29,384 nt of DNA. Origin: an uncultured Saprospiraceae bacterium (GTDB lineage: Bacteria > Bacteroidota > Bacteroidia > Chitinophagales > Saprospiraceae). Within the stretch, counting starts at the first letter, position 1. Each line of letters starts with the position of its first letter. Of this stretch, positions 16,244 to 24,101 are shown piece after piece. The notes beneath the pieces were generated by a model that saw only the letters and a program-made list of their open reading frames with translations, made no database searches and was not told the origin of the DNA. The position numbers and the translations under genes are program-made. The stretch is from positions 1 through 29,384 of the forward strand of contig CAJQNM010000598.1 of assembly GCA_905479665.1 (NCBI GenBank), in the 5' to 3' direction.

Positions 16244-17295
16244 AAGATTCGGTTTTTAGTAAAGTAGTTCAGACTAGTGGAGAGACCTAAATGGTGTGTA
16301 CTTCCGCCAAAATGCACTTTGGCCAGACTGTAGTCAAACGTAAAGCGTTTTAAACGAATGCCAAAACCACCAGAGACTCCGGTAAGGCTGCGAAATCCGT
16401 CTACGGAGAGTTCCTGCTTCAATTGATGATTGTACCCCAAGCGTACGCGAAAAATTCCGCCCTTACCCAGAATAAATTCTCCATTTAAGATCACGTGGCG
16501 CATGAAATTGTCAAATGAACCGGGCTGTTTTGGTTGGACATTTCCAAAGAGAAATCCTCCTTCTTGGGTGGGATTATCGTAAAGTAGGTTCCAGCGGTTG
16601 AGGTGGTGCAGTACGATGCCAAAGCGAAATGGTAGATATTTCAAGCGATTGGAAAAGCCAATTTGCAAATCGGTGGGTAAGGTCTCACGAGTGTCGAAAT
16701 AGGGCGACAATTGGGTGCCAGCATTGCGCAGCGCCAGACCAATGGTTAGTCCTCCCGGTTTGGTCTCATATTGGGCACCCAGATCAATAGCAAGGCCGGA
16801 GGACTGATACACCTCCAGGCGTGAAGAGATCCATTTTAGATTGATGCCTACACGCAGTTTTTCGTAGGGCTCATAGCTACCGCCGACAACAACAGCGATA
16901 TCTGTGGCATTGGCTTGGCCCGTCAGATTGCCAAATTCATCGCGCACTGAAAAATCTCCGTAGAGTAGGTAATTAAAGGCAGCATGCAGGGTTACTTTTT
17001 TTGCCGGCAGATGATGGGCGTATGCAGCATATCCATTCTGGATTCCCTCAAATAAAAATTGGTGTTGGAAAGAGAGTGCCTGATGCATTGTGTCGGAAAG
17101 CGAAGCAGGGTTGAGATATGCATCCCCCAAACGATCTGACACACCGCCTATGCTGCTTCCTCCCAGCGCTGAGATTCTTGCTGAAGGGGAGTTCGTCAAA
17201 AAAGTAAATACCTCCTTACCTCCAATCTGGCTGTGCAGGCTAAGGGCCGTCACAAAGAGAAAGAAGAGCGTATGGACTAGGTATTTATATTTCAT
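16240..17295 (-). CDS. porQ: Type IX secretion system PorQ/PorV-family outer-membrane beta-barrel
   Basis: Signal peptide followed by QIGGKEVFTFLTNSPSARISALGG, AYLNPASL, RVRLGYNHQLKQEL and terminal beta-strands (FTFDYSLAK...HHLGL). Confidence 0.78.
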   Translation of the reverse strand: MKYKYLVHTLFFLFVTALSLHSQIGGKEVFTFLTNSPSARISALGGSSIGGVSDRLGDAYLNPASLSDTMHQALSFQHQFLFEGIQNGYAAYAHHLPAKKVTLHAAFNYLLYGDFSVRDEFGNLTGQANATDIAVVVGGSYEPYEKLRVGINLKWISSRLEVYQSSGLAIDLGAQYETKPGGLTIGLALRNAGTQLSPYFDTRETLPTDLQIGFSNRLKYLPFRFGIVLHHLNRWNLLYDNPTQEGGFLFGNVQPKQPGSFDNFMRHVILNGEFILGKGGIFRVRLGYNHQLKQELSVDGFRSLTGVSGGFGIRLKRFTFDYSLAKVHFGGSTHHLGLSTSLNYFTKNRIL

Positions 17296-17885
17296 TTCTC
17301 TGAGTCTCGGCTAAAAATCGAGTGACATATTCCGGCAGTGCATTCCATCTCTCGCTCAAGATCGCCGTTTTCATCATAAACCTTCAAATTTCCATCCTCA
17401 TTTGGACCATTGAGGTAGTTGCCGACAGCTTTGAGGTTTCCATTGAGATGATATTCCTTAAAAGGGCCATTTTCTTCGTTTTGCACCATAGTCACTTCCT
17501 CCATTATTTGTCCTGAAGGATAGTAGGTGACCCAGGTACCATCCATGACATTGTCGACATAATTGCCTTCCTGCTCTGTTTTACCATCAGTGTAGAATGT
17601 GGCATAAGGACCATGGAAGACACCCATTTCATACACCTCTGAGATCCGTTTTTGACCGAGTGAATCATAAATAACGCGTGTACCATGGAGGGTATCGTTG
17701 TGGTATTGGCGCACTTCACGAAGCACTTTGCCTACAAACCTCTGATAGTTTTCTTGTTTGAGTCCTTCCGCATCGATGTGGTAGGTTTCCAGGAGGTGCC
17801 CATCTTTCCCATGATTTTCGACGAGCTCTAGATTCCTACTACTGCAGGAAACAAAAAGTGCTATTAGTAAAATGAGAAATCGCAT
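17292..17885 (-). CDS. MORN-variant repeat lipoprotein (YwqK-like annotation family)
   Basis: Lipobox LFVSC and repeated G-x-Y-x-x-Y/F-Y-x-x-G units (HGPYATFYTDG, DGTWVTYYPSG, NGPFKEYHLNG). ATGA overlap with porQ. Confidence 0.8.
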   Translation of the reverse strand: MRFLILLIALFVSCSSRNLELVENHGKDGHLLETYHIDAEGLKQENYQRFVGKVLREVRQYHNDTLHGTRVIYDSLGQKRISEVYEMGVFHGPYATFYTDGKTEQEGNYVDNVMDGTWVTYYPSGQIMEEVTMVQNEENGPFKEYHLNGNLKAVGNYLNGPNEDGNLKVYDENGDLEREMECTAGICHSIFSRDSEK

Positions 17886-17975
17886 TGCTATGGTGCTGAT
17901 TTCTGAAACGAAATAAGGGAATAAATATTTGCCAAGTCAGCCCTCATCAAAGGCCAAGTGGGCTTCATAATGTCC

Positions 17976-20096
17976 CTAGTAGTACGTATCTCGCATGTCA
18001 GTGATCTCGGCCTGCTTACGCAGACTTTGTAAGACCCCTGCCTTCGCCTGATTAGACACCTGTGCGGTATATGTCTGACGCAAAGAAGGTATGTTGATAT
18101 TACTACCTGGATCAGTTCGATTGATCGGCTTAATCAGATAAACTCCAAAATCGCCCTCGATGGGTCCAATCACTTCGTTTAGAGGAGCTTGTACTGATGC
18201 CATTGCAACAGCCGGTTCTTCACCGAGTCCAGCAATAAAGTCAGTCGAAAAGTTGACTCCTTTTGCGGTGTCGATCACGGTCGAATATTGACTGGCCAAC
18301 GCTTCCAGATCAGTATTTGATCCTATTTCTGCTGCGACAATGGCTGCTTTCTTCTTATTCTTAAGGATACCCTCAATCTCATCGCGGATATTGGCAAAAA
18401 CGGGTGGTCCTTCCGGATTAGTTTGGCTCAGTGCAGCGATGACGTAGCGATTATTGTAGTAGAGGGTTGGCTCCTGATAAATGTAAACCTCTGGAGATAC
18501 ATCACCCAGTTCGCTCGAAGGTTCAAATGCCCATCGAATGATTTCTCGTGAAGTCTGACCGGAGCCCAATACCGTGAGCGAATAGTCATTCCGCTCAAAC
18601 GCACTTGTCGATTGCAAGAGCACTCCATCTTCTTTTTCGATGGCCGCACGAAGGTCCTCAATCCGTCGATTCTCCCCGACTAGATTAAGCATTTCATCAT
18701 ACATATAGTCTTGTGTTTCCTGCGAAGGAATAATCGGCGAAACCAAGTACGCGACTTGAGCGCCCTCTGTTTGGGACGTACTCTTCGAGTCGGTCACCTC
18801 GATCAAATGAACTCCAAATTGAGTAGGTACGATATAGACTTGACCAAGTTCTGCTTCGAAAAATACCAGGTCATTGAATGGTTTCACGAAAGTACCGTTG
18901 GTATTCCAGCCCAAGTCTCCGCCATTGAGCGTGACAGAAAATGAGCCTTCACTAAAGTCCATAGCGAGTGAATCGAAAGTATGCTCTCCAGATTCAATCA
19001 GGGTTTTCAAACTATCAGCCGTGCGGGCAGCCGAGATGTATTCCTGCTGGGTAACTGCCTTGCGTAAGATATGACGGCAGCGCACTGAATCGGGCAGAAT
19101 CTTTCGATTCAAGATTTTCGCAGCTTTGTAAGAGTTATCGATGGGATCGATGTATGGTCCGATGACCGAGCCAATCGGATTTTGCATGACTGAATCAGTG
19201 ATGATCGGACTGAGTGCCTGGGCAGTGACATAGGCGAAATCAACAGTGCCATAATTCGTTTCTAGAAAGAAGGTATCGTTTTCCGCAACACGAAATGCGT
19301 CTGCTTTCACCGCCAAATCCTGTTCGAGATTGAGGCTATCGGTTCCGGTGGCGACTACATCAAAGCTGACAAACTCGATCGCACGAGTGGGATTTTCGTT
19401 TACATACTCTGATGCGTTTTCTTTTAAGTATTTCTTGATCTCGCTGTCGCTCACCACTACATCGTTGGCGGGAACTTCATCAAAGGGAATTTTGACAAAA
19501 GTAAAATCAGTACGACTTGATTGATCTGCATTCATCCGCTCTACCATCCAGGTAGGCGTATAGATGCCATTGGCTACGATATTTACCAGTTTTTCGGAAA
19601 GGCGCTCACTGATGAGCTCTTTTTCCTGATGGGCCCATAGCTCGCGCAGCTGTGGAGTAAGCTGCCCAGCATCCATGGCTTGCTTGATTCCATTGAGTTG
19701 CTCTCTACTTACAAGGCCGGTATTCGGGTCGGTAAATCGTGTTTGCACCAAGGTACTCAGATTGTCTCCAAACTGACGATCCATAAGCTCGGGGATAGGA
19801 ACCTTGAGGCCATTTGCCTCGGCCTCGTTTTCGATCAGCACCTTATCTACATAATAATTGTAGAGATAGTTGCGTCTGCTGAAAATATCTACCTGATCAC
19901 CGCTGTAGAGTATACGTTCGGAATTTTGAAAGTCCACGTAGTCTACCTTTGTGCCATCTACTTCAGCCAGCGTGAGATTGCCAGCGGTCGGACCACCTTG
20001 GCCAGTCATATCCATAATGACAAAGGCGGCTAGGGCGAGACCGATTACCAAAACTAAGAGCCAACTATTCTTGCGTATTGTTCCAATGAGGGCCAT
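17976..20096 (-). CDS. PpiD/SurA-like peptidyl-prolyl isomerase, membrane-anchored
   Basis: N-terminal MALIGTIRKNSWLLVLVIGLALAAFV anchor, SurA-N-like region, and parvulin motifs VRCRHIL, GGDLGW, FNDLVF and TQFGVHLIEV. Confidence 0.9.
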   Translation of the reverse strand: MALIGTIRKNSWLLVLVIGLALAAFVIMDMTGQGGPTAGNLTLAEVDGTKVDYVDFQNSERILYSGDQVDIFSRRNYLYNYYVDKVLIENEAEANGLKVPIPELMDRQFGDNLSTLVQTRFTDPNTGLVSREQLNGIKQAMDAGQLTPQLRELWAHQEKELISERLSEKLVNIVANGIYTPTWMVERMNADQSSRTDFTFVKIPFDEVPANDVVVSDSEIKKYLKENASEYVNENPTRAIEFVSFDVVATGTDSLNLEQDLAVKADAFRVAENDTFFLETNYGTVDFAYVTAQALSPIITDSVMQNPIGSVIGPYIDPIDNSYKAAKILNRKILPDSVRCRHILRKAVTQQEYISAARTADSLKTLIESGEHTFDSLAMDFSEGSFSVTLNGGDLGWNTNGTFVKPFNDLVFFEAELGQVYIVPTQFGVHLIEVTDSKSTSQTEGAQVAYLVSPIIPSQETQDYMYDEMLNLVGENRRIEDLRAAIEKEDGVLLQSTSAFERNDYSLTVLGSGQTSREIIRWAFEPSSELGDVSPEVYIYQEPTLYYNNRYVIAALSQTNPEGPPVFANIRDEIEGILKNKKKAAIVAAEIGSNTDLEALASQYSTVIDTAKGVNFSTDFIAGLGEEPAVAMASVQAPLNEVIGPIEGDFGVYLIKPINRTDPGSNINIPSLRQTYTAQVSNQAKAGVLQSLRKQAEITDMRDTYY

Positions 20097-20170
20097 ACTA
20101 TACTATAGGTTTTGACTTGAACAAGATCTTTATATAACCTTGTCATCGTCATGTGTATTCTAAAAGAGTG

Positions 20171-20178
20171 CAAAATTA
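20171..20178 (-). promoter_or_regulatory. -7 element (TAATTTTG) for the PPIase gene
   Basis: Plus-strand CAAAATTA is an exact TAnnTTTG on the minus strand, about 75 nt upstream of the ATG. Confidence 0.6.
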
Positions 20179-20363
20179 CGAGAATTATAATGAAAACTAG
20201 TGAGCGCACTCTGGAAAGTGCGATCTTCATAAAATGAGTCTATTTTGGATGAGATTTTCACTTTTACGAGATTGGGTGATGCCTGAGTATCAGCCGATTG
20301 AGAAAAATGAAAAGATCGCCAAAAGAGCCATTTTTGATTTGGTGAGTTTGCGGAGGAGACTCA

Positions 20364-20936
20364 CTAATGTCTGAGGTCGCTGGCTATGTCCTTAAGCTTC
20401 TGGTAAAAGGGCAATCCGAACTTCCGAACCAGTCCTACTTTAACAAATTTAAAGAGCCGGATCTGCAGTTTCGAGCCATTACTACAGGCTGCTGAACAGA
20501 TGTGCCATCGATCATAGTTGAGTGCATAACCCACTTTGAGATCGACGATCCGCACGGGATAGAGGTGGCAAGAGACGGGCTTGATGAAATCAATGGCCCC
20601 CTGTTGATGGGCCAACTCAATGCCGCAACGATGAATACCTAGCTCGTCGGTCGTGAGGTAGACACAGGCACCATCTTCGTGCAGTGGTGTGCCATTAAAA
20701 CCGGGCTGATCAAAAAAGTGATGCGCCTCATGGTTCTCCAGGTATCGATTCGACCTCTCTGGTAAGTAAGGTTTTAACTTGGAGACGATGGATTTGAGAA
20801 TAGGCAGCTCTTCGTCTTCGAGCGGGGCACCCCAATCTCCTTCCCAGCAGCATGCACCCTTGCATGCATTCAAATCGCAGGAAAAGTGCGACTCCAGAAG
20901 GTCTTCACTAACTAGAACATCTTCGACTGCCAGCAT
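20364..20936 (-). CDS. DUF3109 family Cys-rich protein
   Basis: FSCDLNACKGACCWEGDWGAPL, GACVY, CGIE, KPVSCHLYPVR and WHICSAAC pattern. Confidence 0.85.
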   Translation of the reverse strand: MLAVEDVLVSEDLLESHFSCDLNACKGACCWEGDWGAPLEDEELPILKSIVSKLKPYLPERSNRYLENHEAHHFFDQPGFNGTPLHEDGACVYLTTDELGIHRCGIELAHQQGAIDFIKPVSCHLYPVRIVDLKVGYALNYDRWHICSAACSNGSKLQIRLFKFVKVGLVRKFGLPFYQKLKDIASDLRH

Positions 20937-21046
20937 GTTTTATACTTCGTGAGTGGAGGCTTATTTATTCGCGCCATTATCGGTATCTTCGGCGCCCGCC
21001 AAAGGGCCTTCCACCAGCTTTTTATTTGAGTAATGAGATTTTCACA

Positions 21047-22360
21047 ATGAAGAAACTAAAAGACAAATTTGAAGAAAAATCAACAGAGGTTCGAGACAAA
21101 CTGAAAAGTACGGTCAAGGCCAATGCCAATGCAGTGGTGGGTGAAGTGGTATTGGGCCAAGTCTATGGTGGCATGCGTGGCATCAAGAGCATGATTTGGG
21201 AGACTTCAAATCTAGATCCTGTAGAAGGGATACGTTTCCGTGGGCATACGATACCTCAATTGCAAGCAAAACTTCCTCGCATCAATGGCAGTAGCGAACC
21301 AGTGCCAGAAGGTCTTTTTTGGCTTATGCTTACTGGAGAGATTCCTACGGTGCAAGATGTGGAAGATCTCGCCAATGATTGGGAAGATCGGGCGGATGTT
21401 CCCAAGCATGTCTTTGCAGTGCTGGACCAGCTACCCATTGAGACGCACCCAATGACGCAATTTTCGATGGCCATCGTGGCTCTGCAGAGTGAAAGTGTCT
21501 TTGCCAGGCGCTATGCAGAGGGCATGAATAAAAAGGACTACTGGGAGGCGACATATGAGGATGCAATGAATCTGATTGCCAAATTACCTCGGGTCGCCGC
21601 TTATATCTACCAGCGCACATTTAAAGGTGGCCAGCATATTGAGCGCGATACTAGCCTGGATTGGAGTGCGAACTTTGCACATATGCTCGGCAATGACGAT
21701 CCCGTCTTTTATGATTTCATGAGGCTGTACATGGTCATCCATGCAGACCATGAAGGAGGTAATGCCAGTGCGCACACTACTCATCTTGTTGGATCCACGC
21801 TGAGTGACGCCTACTATTCATTTGCCTCAGGCATGAATGCCTTGGCGGGACCCTTGCATGGTTTGGCCAATCAGGAAGTAATCAAGTGGATTTTTGAGAT
21901 GCTGGATGATTTAGGTACTCCTAATCCCAGCAAGGAACAGATCGCAACGTTTGTTCAGAAAACGCTCGATGCAGGAAAAGTTATACCGGGCTACGGGCAT
22001 GCTGTTTTACGTCAACCCGATCCGCGTTTCACGGCACAGAAGGGGTTTGCAGAAAAGCATCTTTCTGATGCAGATGTGATTCAGGTTGTCTGGAAAATAT
22101 TTGAGGTGGTGCCCCCCATTTTGGAGTCGCTGGGCAAGGTAAAGAACCCATGGCCCAACGTCGATGCGCACTCGGGGTCGATTTTAGTACATTATGGCAT
22201 GCGCGATTTCACCTTTTACACCGTACTCTTTGGAGTCTCGAGAGCATTGGGTGTTATGGCTGCACAGTGCTGGAGTCGGGCGATTGGGTTTCCTTTGGAG
22301 AGACCCAAGTCTGTGACCTCAGAGTGGATTTATAATTTCCTAGAAGCTAAAGAGAAGTAA
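21047..22360 (+). CDS. gltA: Citrate (Si)-synthase, eukaryote-type
   Basis: YGGMRGIK, EGIRFRG, HADHEGGNASAH, LAGPLHGLANQEV, GYGHAVLR and WPNVDAHSG, all characteristic of the eukaryote-like subfamily. ATG 21047 is preferred over TTG 21026. A TATCTTCG -7-like box lies at 20984-20991. Confidence 0.95.
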   Translation: MKKLKDKFEEKSTEVRDKLKSTVKANANAVVGEVVLGQVYGGMRGIKSMIWETSNLDPVEGIRFRGHTIPQLQAKLPRINGSSEPVPEGLFWLMLTGEIPTVQDVEDLANDWEDRADVPKHVFAVLDQLPIETHPMTQFSMAIVALQSESVFARRYAEGMNKKDYWEATYEDAMNLIAKLPRVAAYIYQRTFKGGQHIERDTSLDWSANFAHMLGNDDPVFYDFMRLYMVIHADHEGGNASAHTTHLVGSTLSDAYYSFASGMNALAGPLHGLANQEVIKWIFEMLDDLGTPNPSKEQIATFVQKTLDAGKVIPGYGHAVLRQPDPRFTAQKGFAEKHLSDADVIQVVWKIFEVVPPILESLGKVKNPWPNVDAHSGSILVHYGMRDFTFYTVLFGVSRALGVMAAQCWSRAIGFPLERPKSVTSEWIYNFLEAKEK

Positions 22361-22363
22361 GAA

Positions 22364-22756
22364 ATGAGCTTTCCTCAAGATTTAAAATATTCAAGCGAAC
22401 ACGAGTGGCTACGTATCGAAGAAGACGATGTGGCTGTGCTTGGCATCACTGATTTTGCTCAGGGAGAACTGGGAGAGATCGTCTATGTCGAAGTAGAAAG
22501 CGTAGGAGACGAAGTGGCCAAAGATGAAATTTTTGGTACGGTCGAAGCAGTGAAAACGACCTCGGATCTGTTTATGCCAGTGAACGGCACGGTGATTGAG
22601 TTTAACGATCAGCTGAACGAAAACGCAGGAGACAACCCGGCATTGGTGAATGAAGATCCCTATGGCAATGGGTGGATCGTAAAGATCAAGCTGAACGACC
22701 CTGCCGAGCTAGAAGAACTCATGGATGCTGCTACCTATGAAGAGCTTGTTGGATAG
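22364..22756 (+). CDS. gcvH: Glycine cleavage system H protein
   Basis: [23 protein letters not shown], lipoyl-Lys motif [10 protein letters not shown], and [11 protein letters not shown]. Confidence 0.96.
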   Translation: MSFPQDLKYSSEHEWLRIEEDDVAVLGITDFAQGELGEIVYVEVESVGDEVAKDEIFGTVEAVKTTSDLFMPVNGTVIEFNDQLNENAGDNPALVNEDPYGNGWIVKIKLNDPAELEELMDAATYEELVG

Positions 22757-22895
22757 CGATATCGTACACCAGAATAGCAATCAGCAACATCTTCCTTTTA
22801 ACACGTGTGTTTTTTGCTTTGAAATTGCTGATTTAATTTGCTAATATTATTGGCTCTTCCAAAAGGAGAGTCTGATTGACTAAAAACTAAAATAT

Positions 22896-23822
22896 ATGAA
22901 TCTACCAGAGATAGCTGTTGAAGGACGGACGCTTCTCTTCAGTCTTTTAGGAATATTCCTGCTCATCATCGCGATCATTATCGTTATTCGCACCCTCATG
23001 TCTAAAAAGACGGGTGAGGAGTTGGCAGAGAAATACCGAGACAAGAAGTGGTCTTCACCTTTGCAGGGGCGTGCAAAGTATCCCGATGTGGATGTTTTCA
23101 ACCTCAGTGGTCCTTTTCTGAATTTTGGTCTAGCGGCCTCATTGGGTCTTACCCTGTTGGCTTTTAGCTGGACTCAGATGGATGATGAGGTTTATATTCC
23201 TGAGGATGCACTCGAACTCGAAGAAGACATCGAGATCGAGCCACCCAGGACTGCAGAGCCACCGCCACCGCCGCCACCTCCTCCACCACCGGTGATCGAA
23301 GAGGTGCCTGAAGAAGAAATCGAAGAGGAAGAGGAACCTGAGTTTCTCGATCAGTCGGTCGAAGAGGAGACGTTAGTTGAGGCTCCACCCGAGCCCGAAG
23401 CGCCACCACCACCGCCACCACCACCGCCGCCACCACCAGAGCCAGAGGTGGAAGAGATCTTTAAAGTGGTTGAGCAAATGCCTCGTTTCCCAGGTTGTGA
23501 GAATGAACCTGGTGACAACAATGCCAAGAAAGCTTGTGCCGACAAAGCGATGCTGCAATTTATCTACAAGAACATCAAGTATCCGGCGATCGCCCGGGAA
23601 AATGGTGTGGAAGGACAGTGTGTGATTCGATTTGTCGTTGAGAAAGACGGCTCGATTCAGGATCCACAAATCGTGAGAGATATCGGTGCGGGTTGCGGAG
23701 ATGAGTCTCTTCGTGTGGTCAAGTTGATGAATAGCATGGGAGAAAAATGGACACCTGGTAAGCAGCGTGGCCGTTCCGTGCGAGTTCAGTTTAACCTACC
23801 AGTAAAGTTCAAGCTCGAGTAA
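22896..23822 (+). CDS. tonB: Energy transducer TonB
   Basis: TM anchor(s), Pro/Glu-rich linker, and C-terminal domain VVEQMPRFPG...IKYPAIARENGVEGQCVIRFVV...WTPGKQRGRSVRVQFNLPVKFKL. Confidence 0.9.
   Translation: MNLPEIAVEGRTLLFSLLGIFLLIIAIIIVIRTLMSKKTGEELAEKYRDKKWSSPLQGRAKYPDVDVFNLSGPFLNFGLAASLGLTLLAFSWTQMDDEVYIPEDALELEEDIEIEPPRTAEPPPPPPPPPPPVIEEVPEEEIEEEEEPEFLDQSVEEETLVEAPPEPEAPPPPPPPPPPPPEPEVEEIFKVVEQMPRFPGCENEPGDNNAKKACADKAMLQFIYKNIKYPAIARENGVEGQCVIRFVVEKDGSIQDPQIVRDIGAGCGDESLRVVKLMNSMGEKWTPGKQRGRSVRVQFNLPVKFKLE
23259..23438 (+). repeat. Two CCN trinucleotide tracts encoding 11 and 12 consecutive prolines
   Basis: 23259-23291 (11 Pro codons) and 23403-23438 (12 Pro codons), with mixed CCA/CCG/CCT codons. 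Confidence 0.9.
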
Positions 23823-23845
23823 ATCTCACTCCAGTAAAGAAATCT

Positions 23846-23880
23846 AAAGCTCCGTCTCTCGTTTGAGATGGGGCTTTTTT
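23846..23880 (+). terminator. Rho-independent terminator after tonB
   Basis: 13-bp stem AAAGCTCCGTCTC/GAGATGGGGCTTT (two G-U pairs), 6-nt loop, T run. Confidence 0.85.
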
Positions 23881-24005
23881 ATTGAGCTATGAGCTATGTG
23901 TCCATGCCTGAATAAGGTTGACCGTTTCTCAACTTACTTTTCCACTAGTTGCAGAATTTACATCTTGATTCTGAGGCTTCGGTGCTTTACAAGTTTCTGG
24001 AGCGG

Positions 24006-24057
24006 TCTCATATCTGATGTCTTGAATCTAACGTCTTGTGTCTAGCATCTGAAATCC
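24006..24057 (+). repeat. Phased heptamer tandem repeat (TCTnnnn)x7
   Basis: TCT occurs at 24006, 24013, 24020, 24027, 24034, 24041 and 24048, with TCC at 24055: an exact 7-nt period. Confidence 0.85.
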
Positions 24058-24101
24058 AAAGATTATAAAACTAACTTCACCTCGAACACGTTCTTTAGAA
24101 G

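Noticed and set aside
17292-17885. Toxin-antitoxin module (YwqK-type antitoxin)
   Set aside because: No toxin-like neighbour is present; the protein has a lipoprotein signal and is coupled to porQ.
20197-20228. GCACT/AGTGC hairpin and 15-codon ORF in the ppiD-DUF3109 gap
   Set aside because: A 5-bp stem with no U tract and a peptide without features; consistent with chance.
23164-23669. Low-complexity alternative-frame ORFs (poly-V/A, poly-W/R, poly-G, poly-H)
   Set aside because: These are shadows of the TonB polyproline codon tracts.
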